DNA of 64,000 bases from the IMG/VR virus record IMGVR_UViG_3300020213_000033; one strand, 5' to 3'. The position numbers were made by a program, and so were the translations under genes. Positions 8,928-22,385 of this stretch are shown piece after piece (the stretch's first letter is position 1; every line of letters starts with the position of its first letter). This DNA is from an uncultured virus (IMG/VR IMGVR_UViG_3300020213_000033). Its lineage: Duplodnaviria; Heunggongvirae; Uroviricota; Caudoviricetes. Below the pieces are notes generated by a model that ran no database searches, was not told where the DNA came from, and saw only the letters and a list, made by a program, of their open reading frames with translations.

Positions 8928-11900
8928 TCATTGTGCCGCCTGCGCGACCGATTTGGTGATGACCTTCTCTTGCACCGCGCGCTGGACCCACGCGCGACGG
9001 CGTGCGGCCGACGGGAAGGCTTCGGCGATGATCGCCACGCGCTGGGCCGTGGTCTGGGCGCTCAGCACTGCCGTGGTGACTGGGTCGTGACCGCCACGGG
9101 CCGCGCCCATGCGGATCTTCTTCTTCACGTCTCGGAACTGCTCGTCCTGTTCGCGCTGGGGAAGGTCTGCGTAGAGTTCCTTGACGACCTTGCGCGCCAG
9201 GGTTTCCTGCGCGGCCTGGGTCCGCGACGGGGGCGCTTTCTTGAGATACGCCTGCACAGCGCCAGCGACCGCCGCCGTCTCGGCCCGCCGGCTGCGCGCT
9301 TCGGACGCCTGCACGGGCTTCTGGGCCTTGCGGAGCCGTTCGACCTGGCCGTAGTTCGAGATCCGCAGGAACCTGCCTGCGACGGGCGTCATCTCGAGGA
9401 GGACTTGCCCCGTGGTGAGGTCGCGCGGGCGCGCGTCTCCGGCGATGAACCGGCCGATGGCGCTCGGGCCGACCTGTTGGAGCTCGTAGCCGATGAACTT
9501 CTTGGCGCGCTCGGTCAGCGGCAGCGCCATCTCGTCACGGCTGAACACTTCGCGGCTGCGGAAGTCGTCGTAGATGTTCTGGCCGGACAGGAACCGTCCG
9601 GTATCGGCCAAGACGCCCAGGCTCGGCGTGAGGCCCGGCGCCTGCCCCGTGATGTAGTCGAAGACGGTCGCGGCCGACTGGAATACCTCGACCTCGCCGG
9701 AGGCCGCGAGCAGCCCCTTGCGGAGCACGCCGCCGATCAACCGGCCGGCGTCCGATCGTGGGATGCGCCAGTAGATGCTATTGCCGTGCTCGTCCAGCCC
9801 TCGCGGGATGATGTAGAAGTTGGTCTTGTCGTACTCGCTCACGCCACGCAGGATGCGCCGCACGTAGCCCCAGCCGGTGTCGTCGTCGTCATCGTCGCCC
9901 AGCAGATGCTCGATCGCGAACGTCAGGAGCGTGGGGACCATCACGGCGGCGGCCATCTTGCGCCAGAACGGAGCGCGGGTGCCCTTGGTCGTGGCGATGG
10001 CATAGTCCGCCCGAATCGCCTGCGTGATGGCGTTCGAGAAGAGGGCCACTTCGTTCGTGATGGGCTTGAGCGTGCCGCCGATCAGGAAATCGGGACTGCC
10101 CACCTTCTCGCGGATAAAGGCGCGCTCGGCCGCGTCGAGGTCGCTGATCTGGCGCCCGTCCGAGGTCATCTCGTAGATGCTCGCGGCTTTGGGAAGCGTT
10201 TCGATGAAGTTTCCGAGCTTCTCCACGAAGTCGATCACGGCCTTGGCGCGGCCGGTGAGGCCGGTGGCGGGCGGCCCCTCGCGCTTGAGGCCGTGCTGCG
10301 AGAACAGTTCTTCGACAAGGCTGTCTTCCTTCGGCCTGCCCGCCATGAGGTCGTTCATGGTCACGCCGAGAATGCGCGCCTCGGTCGCGTCGGCGAGCAG
10401 CTTCGCCACCGCGAGGTTTTTGGCGGTGGGCTTCGTTCTCGGCCCGAACGCGCGCTGCCGGGCCAGCGGCACAGCCTTGGCGTAGTTCCTCAAGGTGCTC
10501 CCGAGCGTGGCGTCCGGGTTGTTCATATACGTCCGCTGAAGATCGCGGAGGAGGTTCGCCGCCTGGAATGACAGGTTGATCCCGGTGAACACCGGGCGGA
10601 ACCACTTGGCGTTGGCGAACCGCACGGCCTCGAGCACCGCAAGATTCCCGCCGATGCTCTCATTGTTGATGGCGACGGCCACGTCCTTGGGCACATACAT
10701 GCCCTTGCGCCGCCCTTTCTCTCGGTATTCCACAAGTTCGAGCGCGGCGTCCTCGGGCGGCTTCGGGCTCATGCCTTTGCCGTCAAAGCCCATGATGGCC
10801 GGCGTGGACTCGTCCGGGATCGAGGCGAACACCGCCGTTTTCATCTTGTTGAACTCGGTGGCGCGGATGGTCACGAGCAACTTGAGGATCGTCGCGTCCG
10901 CGGGGTTCTGGATGTCCTTCACCGTGCCGATCTGGTGATGCACGGTCGAGGTCACGTCCTTGTGCATGTAGTCCACGACGCGGAATGCGGCCCACGCCGG
11001 GTTCTCCGCCATCTTCTCGTAGAGATCGGGCGTGTAGAGCCCGGCGTCGAACGCGTCTTTGGAGACGCCCTTGACGGCGGCGCGGAAGCTGGCGAGCGCC
11101 GCGTCGAGCGCCGTGCGGCCCTTGTCGGTCAGCTCGGCTCGGACGGCCGCCAGCATCTCCGGCACGGCGGCCACGTCCAGGCCGCGGGGGTTCGCCATGT
11201 CCGTGCGGTCGCCGCTGGCGATGCGCGCGTACATCAGGGCTTCCCCGAACTGGCTCCACGAGACGCCGGCCGCCTCTAGGGTGTCCTTCATCGGCTGGAA
11301 GGTGCGGTTGAGGAACCCGTGCTGCTTCGCGCCCAGGTGGCGCATTTCCTTGAGGAAGTAGCGGGCATCGTCGTCAGGGTTCTGCACGATCCCTTGCGCC
11401 TCACGCGCTTCGATGCGGTCGATCACGGCGATGTTCTTGTCCACAAGCTCGAGCCGCATTCGGTAGGCGAAGTCCCCGCGAGCCTTCTGGCGCTCGGCCT
11501 GGCGCAACGCCTCGAGGTCGAGTGCCTTCGTGTCCGCTTCAGCGAACATCCCCTGTACGCCGAGACGGCGGCGGGCGATCAGTTCCTCGCGTGTGCCAGA
11601 CAGCAGCTCTTGCAGCCCGAAGTAGGCGGCTTTGACGTCAGGCTTCTGGTCCAGGTTGGCGAAGAACTCCCGATAGAACGTCGGCGCGTGCCACTTCAAC
11701 TGCTCGGGGTTGTTGAACAGCACGCTGATGGCGTCGGCGTACAGCTCCTTGGCGCTGTCCCGGTAGGCGCGGTACTTCTCGTCGTGGGCGTCCGGCCAGG
11801 GGCGCCATGCAGCGGAGAGCTTCTTGAGTTCGTTCCGCACCTTGAGGTTGGTCACGGTGCGCCCATCAGCGTCGGTGTAGCTGGCTTTCATGAAGCGGTG

Positions 11901-14900
11901 GAGCGTTCGCAGCCGTCCGAGGACGTTGCCGCGCTTCATCGTCATGGTCGGGAGGTAGTCCACTAGGTGGCCTATTTCGTGGGCGACGATCTGTGCCAAC
12001 TGCCCGACGTTCTCGGGCTTGAACAGGTCCGCGGTGAAGATCAGGTGCCCCGATCGGTGCTTCGCCCCCGACAGCGCGTTGCGGAACCCGCGCACTACGC
12101 GCACGTCGCGCGCAAGCTCGCGGGCGAACATCACCAGTTCCGGTAGTGCGACATCGCCCTGAATCGTCGCGAGTGGCGCCGCCTGACGCACTGGCACCAG
12201 CGCCACGGGCAGGCTCACACGCTGGCTGGGATTCCTCTGGGCGAACACGCCGATGGCCGCGTCTTCGGACGTGCCGGTCGTGGCGCCGCCAGTGTCTTCG
12301 ACATCTGAGGCGAGCGTCTGGCTCTTGACGTCGAGGCTCAGCAACGCGGCCAGCCGCTTCTGTTCGATGACGAGTTCGGCCATGCGGGCCGTCTTCCCGA
12401 ACGGCTCCGCCAGCAACGCCGCCACGTCGGCGCTCTTCTTCTGCGCCTCTTGCAATTCGTTTTCGAGCGAGTCGATCCGTTCCTCGACGCGGTGCTTCAC
12501 CGAGAACTCAATCGACCGCACGGTGTCGCCGGTGTCTTCGCGGTGGCTGCCTGTGCCGTAGTACACCGATAGGATGTTCACTGTCGTGCCGCCCGAGCCT
12601 TCGCCCCTGTATCGCCTGGCGCTGATGTTCAGCCCGGCGTAGGTGGCGATGACGCGGGCGACCTGGGGCGCGCTGTCGGTGGCCTTGACAAACGCCTTGT
12701 CAGCCTCGTCTCGTTTGTCGAACGTCGTGCCGCCAATCGTCATGGTGAACGTGTCCGGGATCTTGCGGGCGGCGAGGATCGCTTTGACGCCGGCCAGCGT
12801 CCGCGTGATTCCCTCGATACGTTCCGGGAGGTCGCTGGCCTCCCGCTGGGTGAGCCACCGTTCCCGCTTGTGCGCGGATTCCAGCAACTCGAGCTTCCGC
12901 AACTCGGCATCGACTTTCACCTTGTCGATCACCATTGGATTGCCGGACGCCAGCGCCTTCACTTCGGCATAGGTGAGCGCGCCGCCATCAACGTCGTCGG
13001 CCCTGCGGACCGTGATGTCTCCGCGCATGGCCTGCTCAATGAACCTGGCTTTGCTCTCGAGGGTTTGCCACGAGTAGGCGTCAAAGGACTCCTTGGTGAC
13101 ATAGCGGAGCACTTCGACCTCGAAGCCCTCTGGGTCGGCGTCGTAGAACTCGTTGCCCTGGCGGATGATCCGCCCCTCGCGCTGTTCAATGTCTGACGGG
13201 CGCCACGGCACGTCGAGATGGTGGAGCGCGACGAGCTTCTTCTGCGCGTTCATGCCGGCGCCCATCTTCTCGGTCGACCCGATGAGGATACGGACCTCGC
13301 CCGTGTTGACCTTCTCGACCATCGCGAGCTTGTCGTCGTCGCTCTTGGCGTCGTGGATGAACGCGATCTGGTCGCGCGGGATACCGTCGCGAACGAGCCG
13401 ATCGCGCAAGTCGGCGTAGAGGTTGAAGCTTTTCCCCTTCTTCTTTCCTGGCGTGCCTTGATCTAGGAACACGAGCTGGGCGCCCTTGCGGCGCGTGTTC
13501 GCCTTGTAAATGTCCGAGATGCGCGTGACGGCCGCACGCACCTTCGTGGACGCCTCGAGCGGCGAGCCCAGGCCGAGTAGCCGCATGTCGAGCGCCGCCT
13601 TGCGCCCGTCCCCTGTGACCATCAGCATATTGTCGTCTTTGGCATCGGGCTTCGCTGGCGTGAAGGTCAGTCCGTTGACCGTGACCGGTTCTCCGCGGAG
13701 CGCCGCCGCACGCACGACAAGGCTCTGCATCAGCCGCTTCATGGCGGCGCTCGGCTCCACGGCGACCACTTCCGGCGTGCCGCCCTTGATTCTCGGCGTG
13801 GGAAGTTTGACGTCCTTGGCCGTGACGATGTCCCACACCTGCCGGAACATGGTGAGCAGCTCGGGGAGGTTCGAGAACTGGGCGAAGCGGGTGCGCGAGC
13901 GGTAGCCGGTGCCCTCGGGGGCGAGTTCCTGTGACACCACGACCGACCCGTACTGCTGTGCCCAGGCGTCGAAGTGCGCCATGCCCGACGCGCGCATGTC
14001 GTCCGGCTGCAGGTACCGCTGCATCGTGAACATTTCGGCCATCGTGTTGCTCAGCGGCGTGCCGGTCGCGAACACGGTGCGGCCCTTGAGGCGCTGGATG
14101 TGCAGCACCTTCAAGCGCATGTCGAAGGCGCGATCGGAGCCCGTGGTCGGCAGGCCGGCGATGCGCGTCATCTTCGTGGCGAATTGGAGGTTTTTGAACA
14201 TGTGCGCTTCGTCGACGAAGAGGCTGTCCACGCCCAGTTCCTCGAACGTCAGCGTCTTGTCCTGGTCCTCTACGTCTCGCTGGTCGCGGATCTGCGCCTC
14301 GAGGTTCTTCTTCGCCTTCTCCATCTGCTTCACGCTCGCCGACTTCTTTCCGGTGGCGGCCGCTGCGTCGGCGATGGCGCTCTCGTACTCTGCGATCTGG
14401 TCCTTCAAGTAGTCGTTGAACGCCTCGTCTGAGATCGGCAGGAACTCGAACGACCGATGGGCCACGATGACGGCGTCCCAATCGCCGGTGGCGATGCGCG
14501 ACATGAAGCGTTGGCGTTGCCCGCCCGCGAAATCGGCCTTGGTGGCCACGAGCACGTTGGCCGTGGGATACATCCGCAGCACTTCCGCGCCCCAATACGA
14601 CACAAGGTGGTTCGGCACCACAATCATCGGCTTCCGGGACATCCCCAGCCGGCGCAACTCGATAGCCGCGCCGATCATCTCGAATGTCTTCCCGGCGCCG
14701 ACGACGTGACCGAGTCCCGTGTTGGCGGACTGCAGCACGCGCCAGATCGCGGTCTTCTGGTGCGGTCGCAGCGTCAACTCGGCGGACATCCCGGGCAACT
14801 GCAAGTGCGACCCGTCGTAGGACCGCAGCCGGAGGTTGTTGAAGTCGCGGTTGTAGATGTCCGCGAGCATGGTGGCGCGAGCGGTGTCCTTCCAGATCCA

Positions 14901-17900
14901 CTTGGCGAACTCGTCTTTGATGGCCTGCTGTTTCTCCCGCGCGGCCACGGTGCGTTCCTGGTTGACCGACGATTTCCCTTCGCCGTCCTTCTGGTAGATG
15001 GTCGGCAGCTTGAGATTCATGGCCTCTTCGATCAGCGTGTGGCCGAGGATCTCCGGGGTGCCCCACCTGGTTTCATTGGCGGCGGTGTTCTTGGTGCCCT
15101 TGGCGTAGGTCGGGTCGACTTTCCACGCCGCCAGCGGGGCGGCATAGGTGATGCGGAAGCCGTCTCTACGGACTTCGAGGAGTTCTGTCACGAACTGGCT
15201 GTAGACCTCGGGGGGAACCCAGGCCGACCCGAGCCGCACGTCGATGTCCACCGGCGCGAGGTCCGTCGGCTGCACCGCGGTGAGCGCGCTGACGTTCGCC
15301 TGGAACTTCTTGGGGTCGATCTTTGCCGCGGCCTCGGCCTCGGCCAACTTCTGCCGCACGGGGCCAGACAGGTAGTCGTCGGCCGTCAGCCACACGCCGC
15401 CAGGCGTCTGGTAGATGATCCCCGCCAGCGCATCCGCAACCGTGTCTTCTGACTGACTGGTCAACCGCGCCATCAACGACAGGTCGACGCGCCCGGTGTT
15501 GTTCAGCGAGACAAGGAGGGCCTCCTTTGGCGACTCGGCCGACGTGACGTCCTTCCGGGGCGACAGCGTGCGCCTGGTAAAGATAGCGGCCTTGGTCGGC
15601 GGCTTCCCCTGGCCGTGGGTCTTCTCGAGGGACATCAGCAGCGGAAGATCCGGGTCTTCGTCGAACGCCTCTTCATTGGCACGGTCGTTCAGGTGCCCGA
15701 ACTTCTTGACGAAGGCGTCGTAGACCGTGTTCAGCGTCTTCTGCGCGGCAACGATCGCGCTGTCGGTGGCCTCGGGCGAGAGCATGGCGCGCATGGTGGA
15801 CCTCGCCGCCCCGCGCACGCCCATCATGCCGACGATCCGCGCCTTGGTGGCGTCGGGGAGGTCGTCTACCGACTCCATCTCGTCGCCACGCTTCACCCAC
15901 AGCCGGCCATCCTGCTGGACGAAGGCATTTTGCTTGACGAACTCCGGGGCCGGCACCGACTCGCGGCGGGCGTCTTCAGTGGCGGCCTTGGTCGGCGTTT
16001 CGTCGTAGGTGATGGCGTTGGCTGGCAATCGGTTCAGCGCCGCGCGGAGATCGGCCTCGAAGTCGCCCCCCTCGTGCTTCACGTTGTAGCCGCCGCCGCG
16101 CCACATCTTGGCGTCGGCGGTGTGGAGGCCCACGACCATCCTGGGGTGCGCCACGTAGTACTCGTTGATCTTGATCGGTTGGCCGCTGTTGGGGTCTTCG
16201 ACGCCGCTCTCGGCCAACCGTGTGAATGCTTCCCCCTTCGCAGGAAGGTCCGCGGTGCGCCGACGCAGGAAGAGGATGTCAGTGACGACTTCCGTGCCCG
16301 CGTTCGCCTTGAACGCGGAGTCTGGGAGTCGCACCGCGCCGATCAGGTCCGCGTGCGTGGCGAGATAGTCGCGGACAGTCGCATGTTCGGCCGTGTTGCC
16401 GTCCATCGTGTAGCGCGACGTGATGAACGCCACGAGCCCGCCAGGGCGCGTCTTGTCGAGCGCCTTGGCGAAGAAGTAGTTGTGAATGGACGACCTGAGC
16501 GCCTTGGGCCTGCCGCGGAACGCCGAGTCATGGACGGCATAGTCCCCGAACGGCACATTGCTGATGATGAGGTCGAAAAAGCCGTCCGGGAGCCGGGCGG
16601 ACTCGAATCCGCGCGCCTGCACGTCCGTCTCGGGGTACAACACCTTGGCGATGCGGGCGGTGATGGTGTCGAGCTCCACACCGCCGCGCAGCGTGGACGC
16701 GCGCAGCGCATCCGGCATCGCCCCGTAGAAGTTGCCGACGCCCATCGACGGCTCGAGCACGCGGCCACTGGTGATGCCGAGCCGTTCCACGGCGGCCCAC
16801 ATAGCGCGCACGACCGGGACCGACGTGTAGTGCGCGTTCGGCGTGGACGCGCGAGCGGCGCCGTATTCCTCGTCGGCGCCGTATTCCTCGTCGGTCAGCG
16901 CCTCTTGGAGCGCCGTGTACGTCTTGGTGCCGTAGTGGAACGCCTCATTGAGCCCGCCCCAGCCGACGTACTGGGCGAGGATCGTCTGTTCGTCTGGCGT
17001 GGCGTCGCGGCGCTCGGCCTCGATCTGCTTCAGTAGCGCGATTGCCGCCAGGTTATTGCGGATCTTGACCGAGGGCGTGCCGGCGCCGACCGCTTCGTCG
17101 TCGGCTATTCGGTAGTCGGTTCCAGCGGTCCCTCGTACGGCGTCAGATCCTCGGGGTCGGCCGGCGTCATCGTGTACGCCGCCAATTCCCTCGCCTGATC
17201 CGGGCTCATCCCCGCTTGTAGTGCGTCCACGCGGATCTGGCGGGCCATCTCCTTGGCCTGCGGGCTCATCGGCGGCGGCGGCGGTATCTTCGCGGGCTGC
17301 GTCATTGGGTGCCTCTCCCTGAGTCTGCGCCTGCGGGCCGAGATCCGCAAGGGTGGGCTCGGCCACGCCGTGGACCATCCCCCAGGCCATCGTGAACGCC
17401 CGGCGAGCCTGCGCCGCAAGCGCGCCGAGATCCTCCTGGAAGTTCTCCCAGCCTTCTTGTGCGTCGATGATCCCGGCCTTGGTGTAGGCGCGCACGAGCT
17501 TGACCGTCTGCACCAAGAGCACGTCAGAGGGGACCGGCAGGCCGCTGCTCAGCGTCGAGCCCGACTTGCGAAGCTCGGCCTTGATGCCGGCGACGGCGGA
17601 GTCAATCTCGCCCTGCACCGCGGCGCGGCGCGCGGCGCGCGCGGCGGCCTTGGCGTCGACGGCCGGCGCGGCGGCGGCGGCGTCTGGCGCCCTGGCGGGC
17701 GTGATCTGCGGCGTGACCGGCTTCTTCTCCGCGAGCGCGGCCTTGCTGGCGGCCTGCGACTCGGCGCGGCTCGTGGCGATGCGCTGCTGCGCGCCGGCTT
17801 CCTCGGCGAGGTCGGCGCGCGTGTCGACCACGGACGGATGCACCTTCAGCAGCGTCCAGTCGGTCGCCCGGCTCGAGGACCGTGGCGTCGGTCCAGTTCT

Positions 17901-20900
17901 GGATGTCCCGCCGCGCGTCGGCGCCAGCGCCACCGCTTCGGTCTGCCGCACGCCGTTCTCGACGTACGAGCGCACGCCGCGCTCATCCTCGTAGATGGTC
18001 TGCCCAACCGCGTTGGTGCCGATTGCGTCCCAGGCCGTGGGGGGCTTTCCCGTCTTGCTCGGCGTCTTCGCGGCCTCCCTCGGCTGCTCCGGCACGAGTT
18101 TGCCGTCGCGCCATGCGGGTTCGACCTGCGCGGCGCCGAGTTTGACCTGCCGGCCCCCGCCGTTGTCGGGCTCGAACACCAAGACGCGCGTGAAGCTCCC
18201 GCTGTCCACGCGCAGGACGACGCCTGCACCGATGGCGCCGGCCCTGGCGCGCACCGCGCCGAGTTCCTCAACAGCGTTCGCCCACCAGTCCATTTCGGCG
18301 CCGGGCGACATCTTCGCCGCATGGCCCCACGTCGTGGCGGGACCGCCGACCGCGACCGTGGTCGTCTCGTCAGATCCGAACAGCGGTTTGATGATCAGCT
18401 CGACCGGCGCGTCCTGTGACGACACGGGACGCTCGGCGGGCGCGGGCGGCGCGGCCGGCGCGGGCGTGACGTTCAGTGCGCGTTCAGCCCGCGCCCGTCG
18501 GTCCTTCGCCTTGGAATACCAGGTCTTGGAGGGGCCGAACCATCGGAACCCCTCCCGTTTGAGCGCCGCCCGCACCGTCTCGTCCGGCTTGCCGTCGAAC
18601 TTGAGTTCTATCGACGCGCGTTCCGTGTTGTCCCGGATCTGAACCTCAGTCCCGCGGGCAATCGCAAACGGCGCCCAGACGCCAGGGGCCGTGGTGGCGT
18701 CCGTGGGCGCGACGTCAGGCGCGGCTGGGGCCGCGTCTCCGTCGAAGCTGATGTCGCCCTTGCCGGGGTCGACGCTGTCGTTGGCGAAGCCTGCATCCGG
18801 GTCCGCCTCGGGCCGCTGGCGATTCTTCCACCACGCGGTCGCGGGAGTGACGCCGAGCGCCGTGAGCGACGGCGTGGGCTTGGTCACGCCCTTGATCTGG
18901 ACCGTTCTGATGAACTCGAGAATGTCGTCGGTCGTCTCGATCTGATTGAAGCGGCCATCGCCGCGCAACTGGTCGAGCATGTCGTCGAGCGCGAGGCCAC
19001 GCTTCGGGTCGATCGAGAGCACGCCCCTGACGCCGCCGACCGCCCCGAACGCCTGCCCCTGACGGAGCCGGAACAGCTCCTCGACCTGTCCGCCCTGCTT
19101 CTCGTGGAGGCCGCCCAGGGCCGCGATTTCCTTGAGCAGCACCAGCGGGCCGGCGTCGGCGGCATCCTTCGCCTCGTCCCAGGCTCGCGTTTCGCGGAAG
19201 TCGTACTCGTCCCGCAGGTCCGTCTCGTCGACGTCCGGGTCCACGGCGCGTGCCGACGCAAGCACCTCCGCCCATTGCGTCTCGGCGGGGTCAGCCTTGG
19301 GCTCGCGCGTCTTCCGCGGCGGGCCCCCTTTGGTAGGCTTCGCGACCGGCGCCTCGGCCTCCGCTTCCCGCGTCAACCGGGCGCGAATCTCGGCCGCCAT
19401 TTCCTCGTCAGTCATCTCCGCGGCGGGCTTGGGGTCCGGCACTGGCGCAGGGGTGCTCTCGGCCAGCGCCGGCTCGAACGGCTTGAGGGACATCGCGTCT
19501 ACCCAGGTCGATGCTCCTGATGTTCTCGTCGGGGACGCAAACTGCAGCTTCGCCTTACCATCAGCGATCTGTGCCACCGTCGCCGCGCCGTGGCGCGTCG
19601 TGACCCGTGTGCCGACCTTGACCTTCAGCGCGGGCGTCTCCGCTTGGTTCGGTGTCGCTGACGCGGCGGCATCGCGCGCCACGGTGATCCGCTTGATGCG
19701 CTGTCGGATCTCTTTCAGGGTCGCAGTCGACGCCCCTGACCGCATTGCGTCCTGTTCTTCTTGGAGCACCGCCAACAGGTCGGTGGTCGTCTCCGAGGGG
19801 GCCTTGGACGTAGTGGCCGCGGTCGGAACCGCATCCACCCGCCCCTCGACAAGCTCCTGGTTGACGGACCAGCGACGACCGTCGAGCGTGACCTGAAGAC
19901 CGGAGAAGGGATCGGCCGCGGCCCGAGCCACGGTGACGATACGGCCATCCACGAGCTTGAGGGTGTCGCCCGCCTTCCAGTCCTCCCAGCGTGTGTCGTC
20001 CTCGTAGGACTGGCGCGGGATGGGCTCCTGCGCCTCTATCTCTTGGCCTCGCGCGTCGATGCCGAGGTCAGGACGTTCCCGGTCCAGGACTTCAGGACGT
20101 GTGCCCGCGACACGTTGGCGGTCTTCCGGCGCGGCGTCGAGCACTTCCGGAGTCGTCGCCTCTCTCGGCGGGGCCTCCGCTCGCGTGGCCGTCCGCATCG
20201 ACGCCACATCCGCCTGCCGCGCAGGGTTCTCCATGAACTCCGTGCCAAGCGCCACGAGCCCTTCTGGGCTCATCGGGTCAGCGATGGCTGGGGCGACAAG
20301 GCCGCGGGGCTGTTGACGCCGCTCCACGGCAGGCGTGCCCGTCCGGAGCGCCTCCTGCACCTCGGGCAGCGTCATCGCCGCCACGCGTTCAGGCGCATAG
20401 CCGAGCGCCGTCAACTGCTGCGTCTGTTCGGCGCTCACCCCTGGCGGCAGCGGCCCGAGGGCGTCGCGCATCGTCGCGGGCGGTGCCTCTGCGGCTGGCG
20501 CCGGCTGCGTGAGCGTGTAGGTGCCCGCCTGCGCCGTCGGAGTGACAAGCCCTTCGCGCTCGAGCTGGTCGATCGCGGCGCCTGCCTCACGCGGGCGCAT
20601 GGCCGTGGCGCTGCTCACATCGTTGATGCTGATCGTGGTGCGGCCGGGCTCGGCCATCAGCCGGCGCACGTTGCGCGTCTCTAGGTCGGTCGGCACGTAC
20701 GCGGGCGGCGCTCCGCGTGGAGCCACCGGCGGCACGTCGACGGGAGCGGGTGACGGGCCGGCCGGCGGCGCCTCTGATGCGAGGTCGGCCAGGGGCGGCG
20801 CTGGCGGGGCGCCGGCGGCCGTGCGAGGACGGCGGATGTTCGCGCCGCCGCCCATCACAGCACCGGAAAACAGGCCGAGCACGGCGGACTCGTCCACGCC

Positions 20901-22382
20901 TTCAAGGATCGGTCGGTCCTGAGCGACGTTCGCCAAGAGCTGTTCGGAGATCGACTGCGGCAGCTCTTCGAGGACACCTTCCTGCACCATGCCGAGCGCC
21001 ACACGCGTAGCCAGCCCACGAGCGGCGACAGGACTGGCCGCACCAGCGGCGATCATGGTGTCGATGTCGGCGATACCGAGCGACTGCGCGATGCGATTGC
21101 CGAGCAGGCCGAATGTGGTCGTCGCCGCGCCTGTCGCGACGGCGAGGGCGGACTGCTTCACCGTGAGACGGCCATCCTCGGAACCTTCCCTGGTGTGTGA
21201 AGCCGCGCTCCCGGCAGAGGCGATGCCCTCCCCGAGCGCGCCACGTACACCGGCACTCGCGTACGGAATAGCGCGACCGATAGCCCCCCCTGCCAGCATC
21301 ATGGGCGCCGACTCGACAACCGTGTTTGCGACCACGCCGGGGTTCGAGAGTGCGGCCACGGCGGTAGCGAGCACACCATCAGCCGCCTGCACGGCCGCGC
21401 TGCCCTCGCGCTGCTTCTTGGAATACCAGGACGAGAGGATCTTCGTGGCCTCGGCGGGGCGGAAGCCGATCGTCTCTTCGAGGAACTGACCCACACGACC
21501 GCCGGTCGCGATGTCCGCCAATCCCACCGGCACATTCACAGCGCCGATGGCACCCTTCACCGCGCTGATGACTGGGTCAACGCCAAGGCGACGCGGCAAG
21601 GACATGCCGAAGTCCGCCAACGTCCCCAGGGCGCCACGGGGCTCTGGGGCGCGGCTGATGCCCGTCGCCTGGCCCATGATGTCGCCCATCGACTTGGCGG
21701 CGCTCGGCTCCTGGGTCGCGTCGAGACGGGCCGCCGCGTCCGGTTCCCAGCCCAGGCGCACGAGATCGTCTCGAGACGCGCGGGGCGTGCCAGGCACGCG
21801 CGCGCCGGTGCGGGTATTGAAGCCGCCCACGACCTCGTTGGGGTGTCCGGGCTTCTTGAACGCCGATGGCCAGTGGCCGTCCGGCCCTGGCTCGGCGCCG
21901 GCCGCGAAGGCGGCGCGGTAGTCGTAGGACTGCTCGGGGGCGTCGGGGTTGGGGTCGAGGCCGAGCGTCTTGGCGCGCTGGCCGTACCACGCCTGGAACG
22001 TCGGCTCGTCTACACCAGCAGCAGGTAGAGCGCGGCGAGGATCGTCGGCACGAGTCGGCCCGGAAGGCAGCGCGGCATCTAGCGAGAGTGTATCAGTGTC
22101 CTCTTCGATGGTGAGCCCCATCGATCGAGCCACATCGAACGGGTCGGGGTCTGGCGTGTCCTCTTCGATGGTGAGTCCCATCGTCCTGGCCACATCAAAC
22201 GGGTCCACACGCGGCGTCCGCGCCGCAGGCCGCGGCGTCGGCGGGCGCATCTCAGCCGTGCCAGCCAGGATCGACTGGCGTTGCCAGTCCTGGTCGTGCG
22301 TCTCAAGCGTCGGCGTGTCGTCTTCGACGGCGAGTCCCATCGATCGAGCCACGTCGAACGGGTCAAGTGGGCGGGTCGGCAT
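8928..22382 (-). CDS. Giant DarB-like polyvalent protein (N6-adenine MTase + SNF2-like helicase + HExxH zincin + LPD38-like C-terminus), probably injected
   Basis: [11 protein letters not shown] and ISNVPFG (MTase); [33 protein letters not shown] (helicase); AHEIGH (~11970); last gene of ejection module. Confidence 0.9.
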   Translation of the reverse strand: MPTRPLDPFDVARSMGLAVEDDTPTLETHDQDWQRQSILAGTAEMRPPTPRPAARTPRVDPFDVARTMGLTIEEDTPDPDPFDVARSMGLTIEEDTDTLSLDAALPSGPTRADDPRRALPAAGVDEPTFQAWYGQRAKTLGLDPNPDAPEQSYDYRAAFAAGAEPGPDGHWPSAFKKPGHPNEVVGGFNTRTGARVPGTPRASRDDLVRLGWEPDAAARLDATQEPSAAKSMGDIMGQATGISRAPEPRGALGTLADFGMSLPRRLGVDPVISAVKGAIGAVNVPVGLADIATGGRVGQFLEETIGFRPAEATKILSSWYSKKQREGSAAVQAADGVLATAVAALSNPGVVANTVVESAPMMLAGGAIGRAIPYASAGVRGALGEGIASAGSAASHTREGSEDGRLTVKQSALAVATGAATTTFGLLGNRIAQSLGIADIDTMIAAGAASPVAARGLATRVALGMVQEGVLEELPQSISEQLLANVAQDRPILEGVDESAVLGLFSGAVMGGGANIRRPRTAAGAPPAPPLADLASEAPPAGPSPAPVDVPPVAPRGAPPAYVPTDLETRNVRRLMAEPGRTTISINDVSSATAMRPREAGAAIDQLEREGLVTPTAQAGTYTLTQPAPAAEAPPATMRDALGPLPPGVSAEQTQQLTALGYAPERVAAMTLPEVQEALRTGTPAVERRQQPRGLVAPAIADPMSPEGLVALGTEFMENPARQADVASMRTATRAEAPPREATTPEVLDAAPEDRQRVAGTRPEVLDRERPDLGIDARGQEIEAQEPIPRQSYEDDTRWEDWKAGDTLKLVDGRIVTVARAAADPFSGLQVTLDGRRWSVNQELVEGRVDAVPTAATTSKAPSETTTDLLAVLQEEQDAMRSGASTATLKEIRQRIKRITVARDAAASATPNQAETPALKVKVGTRVTTRHGAATVAQIADGKAKLQFASPTRTSGASTWVDAMSLKPFEPALAESTPAPVPDPKPAAEMTDEEMAAEIRARLTREAEAEAPVAKPTKGGPPRKTREPKADPAETQWAEVLASARAVDPDVDETDLRDEYDFRETRAWDEAKDAADAGPLVLLKEIAALGGLHEKQGGQVEELFRLRQGQAFGAVGGVRGVLSIDPKRGLALDDMLDQLRGDGRFNQIETTDDILEFIRTVQIKGVTKPTPSLTALGVTPATAWWKNRQRPEADPDAGFANDSVDPGKGDISFDGDAAPAAPDVAPTDATTAPGVWAPFAIARGTEVQIRDNTERASIELKFDGKPDETVRAALKREGFRWFGPSKTWYSKAKDRRARAERALNVTPAPAAPPAPAERPVSSQDAPVELIIKPLFGSDETTTVAVGGPATTWGHAAKMSPGAEMDWWANAVEELGAVRARAGAIGAGVVLRVDSGSFTRVLVFEPDNGGGRQVKLGAAQVEPAWRDGKLVPEQPREAAKTPSKTGKPPTAWDAIGTNAVGQTIYEDERGVRSYVENGVRQTEAVALAPTRGGTSRTGPTPRSSSRATDWTLLKVHPSVVDTRADLAEEAGAQQRIATSRAESQAASKAALAEKKPVTPQITPARAPDAAAAAPAVDAKAAARAARRAAVQGEIDSAVAGIKAELRKSGSTLSSGLPVPSDVLLVQTVKLVRAYTKAGIIDAQEGWENFQEDLGALAAQARRAFTMAWGMVHGVAEPTLADLGPQAQTQGEAPNDAAREDTAAAADEPAGQGDGPPDPRGRTTSGDEPGSGEGIGGVHDDAGRPRGSDAVRGTAGTDYRIADDEAVGAGTPSVKIRNNLAAIALLKQIEAERRDATPDEQTILAQYVGWGGLNEAFHYGTKTYTALQEALTDEEYGADEEYGAARASTPNAHYTSVPVVRAMWAAVERLGITSGRVLEPSMGVGNFYGAMPDALRASTLRGGVELDTITARIAKVLYPETDVQARGFESARLPDGFFDLIISNVPFGDYAVHDSAFRGRPKALRSSIHNYFFAKALDKTRPGGLVAFITSRYTMDGNTAEHATVRDYLATHADLIGAVRLPDSAFKANAGTEVVTDILFLRRRTADLPAKGEAFTRLAESGVEDPNSGQPIKINEYYVAHPRMVVGLHTADAKMWRGGGYNVKHEGGDFEADLRAALNRLPANAITYDETPTKAATEDARRESVPAPEFVKQNAFVQQDGRLWVKRGDEMESVDDLPDATKARIVGMMGVRGAARSTMRAMLSPEATDSAIVAAQKTLNTVYDAFVKKFGHLNDRANEEAFDEDPDLPLLMSLEKTHGQGKPPTKAAIFTRRTLSPRKDVTSAESPKEALLVSLNNTGRVDLSLMARLTSQSEDTVADALAGIIYQTPGGVWLTADDYLSGPVRQKLAEAEAAAKIDPKKFQANVSALTAVQPTDLAPVDIDVRLGSAWVPPEVYSQFVTELLEVRRDGFRITYAAPLAAWKVDPTYAKGTKNTAANETRWGTPEILGHTLIEEAMNLKLPTIYQKDGEGKSSVNQERTVAAREKQQAIKDEFAKWIWKDTARATMLADIYNRDFNNLRLRSYDGSHLQLPGMSAELTLRPHQKTAIWRVLQSANTGLGHVVGAGKTFEMIGAAIELRRLGMSRKPMIVVPNHLVSYWGAEVLRMYPTANVLVATKADFAGGQRQRFMSRIATGDWDAVIVAHRSFEFLPISDEAFNDYLKDQIAEYESAIADAAAATGKKSASVKQMEKAKKNLEAQIRDQRDVEDQDKTLTFEELGVDSLFVDEAHMFKNLQFATKMTRIAGLPTTGSDRAFDMRLKVLHIQRLKGRTVFATGTPLSNTMAEMFTMQRYLQPDDMRASGMAHFDAWAQQYGSVVVSQELAPEGTGYRSRTRFAQFSNLPELLTMFRQVWDIVTAKDVKLPTPRIKGGTPEVVAVEPSAAMKRLMQSLVVRAAALRGEPVTVNGLTFTPAKPDAKDDNMLMVTGDGRKAALDMRLLGLGSPLEASTKVRAAVTRISDIYKANTRRKGAQLVFLDQGTPGKKKGKSFNLYADLRDRLVRDGIPRDQIAFIHDAKSDDDKLAMVEKVNTGEVRILIGSTEKMGAGMNAQKKLVALHHLDVPWRPSDIEQREGRIIRQGNEFYDADPEGFEVEVLRYVTKESFDAYSWQTLESKARFIEQAMRGDITVRRADDVDGGALTYAEVKALASGNPMVIDKVKVDAELRKLELLESAHKRERWLTQREASDLPERIEGITRTLAGVKAILAARKIPDTFTMTIGGTTFDKRDEADKAFVKATDSAPQVARVIATYAGLNISARRYRGEGSGGTTVNILSVYYGTGSHREDTGDTVRSIEFSVKHRVEERIDSLENELQEAQKKSADVAALLAEPFGKTARMAELVIEQKRLAALLSLDVKSQTLASDVEDTGGATTGTSEDAAIGVFAQRNPSQRVSLPVALVPVRQAAPLATIQGDVALPELVMFARELARDVRVVRGFRNALSGAKHRSGHLIFTADLFKPENVGQLAQIVAHEIGHLVDYLPTMTMKRGNVLGRLRTLHRFMKASYTDADGRTVTNLKVRNELKKLSAAWRPWPDAHDEKYRAYRDSAKELYADAISVLFNNPEQLKWHAPTFYREFFANLDQKPDVKAAYFGLQELLSGTREELIARRRLGVQGMFAEADTKALDLEALRQAERQKARGDFAYRMRLELVDKNIAVIDRIEAREAQGIVQNPDDDARYFLKEMRHLGAKQHGFLNRTFQPMKDTLEAAGVSWSQFGEALMYARIASGDRTDMANPRGLDVAAVPEMLAAVRAELTDKGRTALDAALASFRAAVKGVSKDAFDAGLYTPDLYEKMAENPAWAAFRVVDYMHKDVTSTVHHQIGTVKDIQNPADATILKLLVTIRATEFNKMKTAVFASIPDESTPAIMGFDGKGMSPKPPEDAALELVEYREKGRRKGMYVPKDVAVAINNESIGGNLAVLEAVRFANAKWFRPVFTGINLSFQAANLLRDLQRTYMNNPDATLGSTLRNYAKAVPLARQRAFGPRTKPTAKNLAVAKLLADATEARILGVTMNDLMAGRPKEDSLVEELFSQHGLKREGPPATGLTGRAKAVIDFVEKLGNFIETLPKAASIYEMTSDGRQISDLDAAERAFIREKVGSPDFLIGGTLKPITNEVALFSNAITQAIRADYAIATTKGTRAPFWRKMAAAVMVPTLLTFAIEHLLGDDDDDDTGWGYVRRILRGVSEYDKTNFYIIPRGLDEHGNSIYWRIPRSDAGRLIGGVLRKGLLAASGEVEVFQSAATVFDYITGQAPGLTPSLGVLADTGRFLSGQNIYDDFRSREVFSRDEMALPLTERAKKFIGYELQQVGPSAIGRFIAGDARPRDLTTGQVLLEMTPVAGRFLRISNYGQVERLRKAQKPVQASEARSRRAETAAVAGAVQAYLKKAPPSRTQAAQETLARKVVKELYADLPQREQDEQFRDVKKKIRMGAARGGHDPVTTAVLSAQTTAQRVAIIAEAFPSAARRRAWVQRAVQEKVITKSVAQAAQ
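17105..17305 (-). CDS. Candidate nested 66-aa gene in +1 frame inside giant protein
   Basis: GGGAGAGG 6 nt before ATG 17305; [44 protein letters not shown]. Confidence 0.45.
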   Translation of the reverse strand: MTQPAKIPPPPPMSPQAKEMARQIRVDALQAGMSPDQARELAAYTMTPADPEDLTPYEGPLEPTTE

Positions 22383-22385
22383 GGC

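Noticed and set aside
13186..15066. 626-aa same-strand alternative-frame ORF in the helicase region
   Set aside because: Arg/Gly-rich off-frame composition expected from GC3 bias; no RBS or motif.
19980..20240. Possible antisense gene inside the giant protein ([24 protein letters not shown]...)
   Set aside because: Reads protein-like but has no clear start or RBS; cannot be distinguished from shadow frame.
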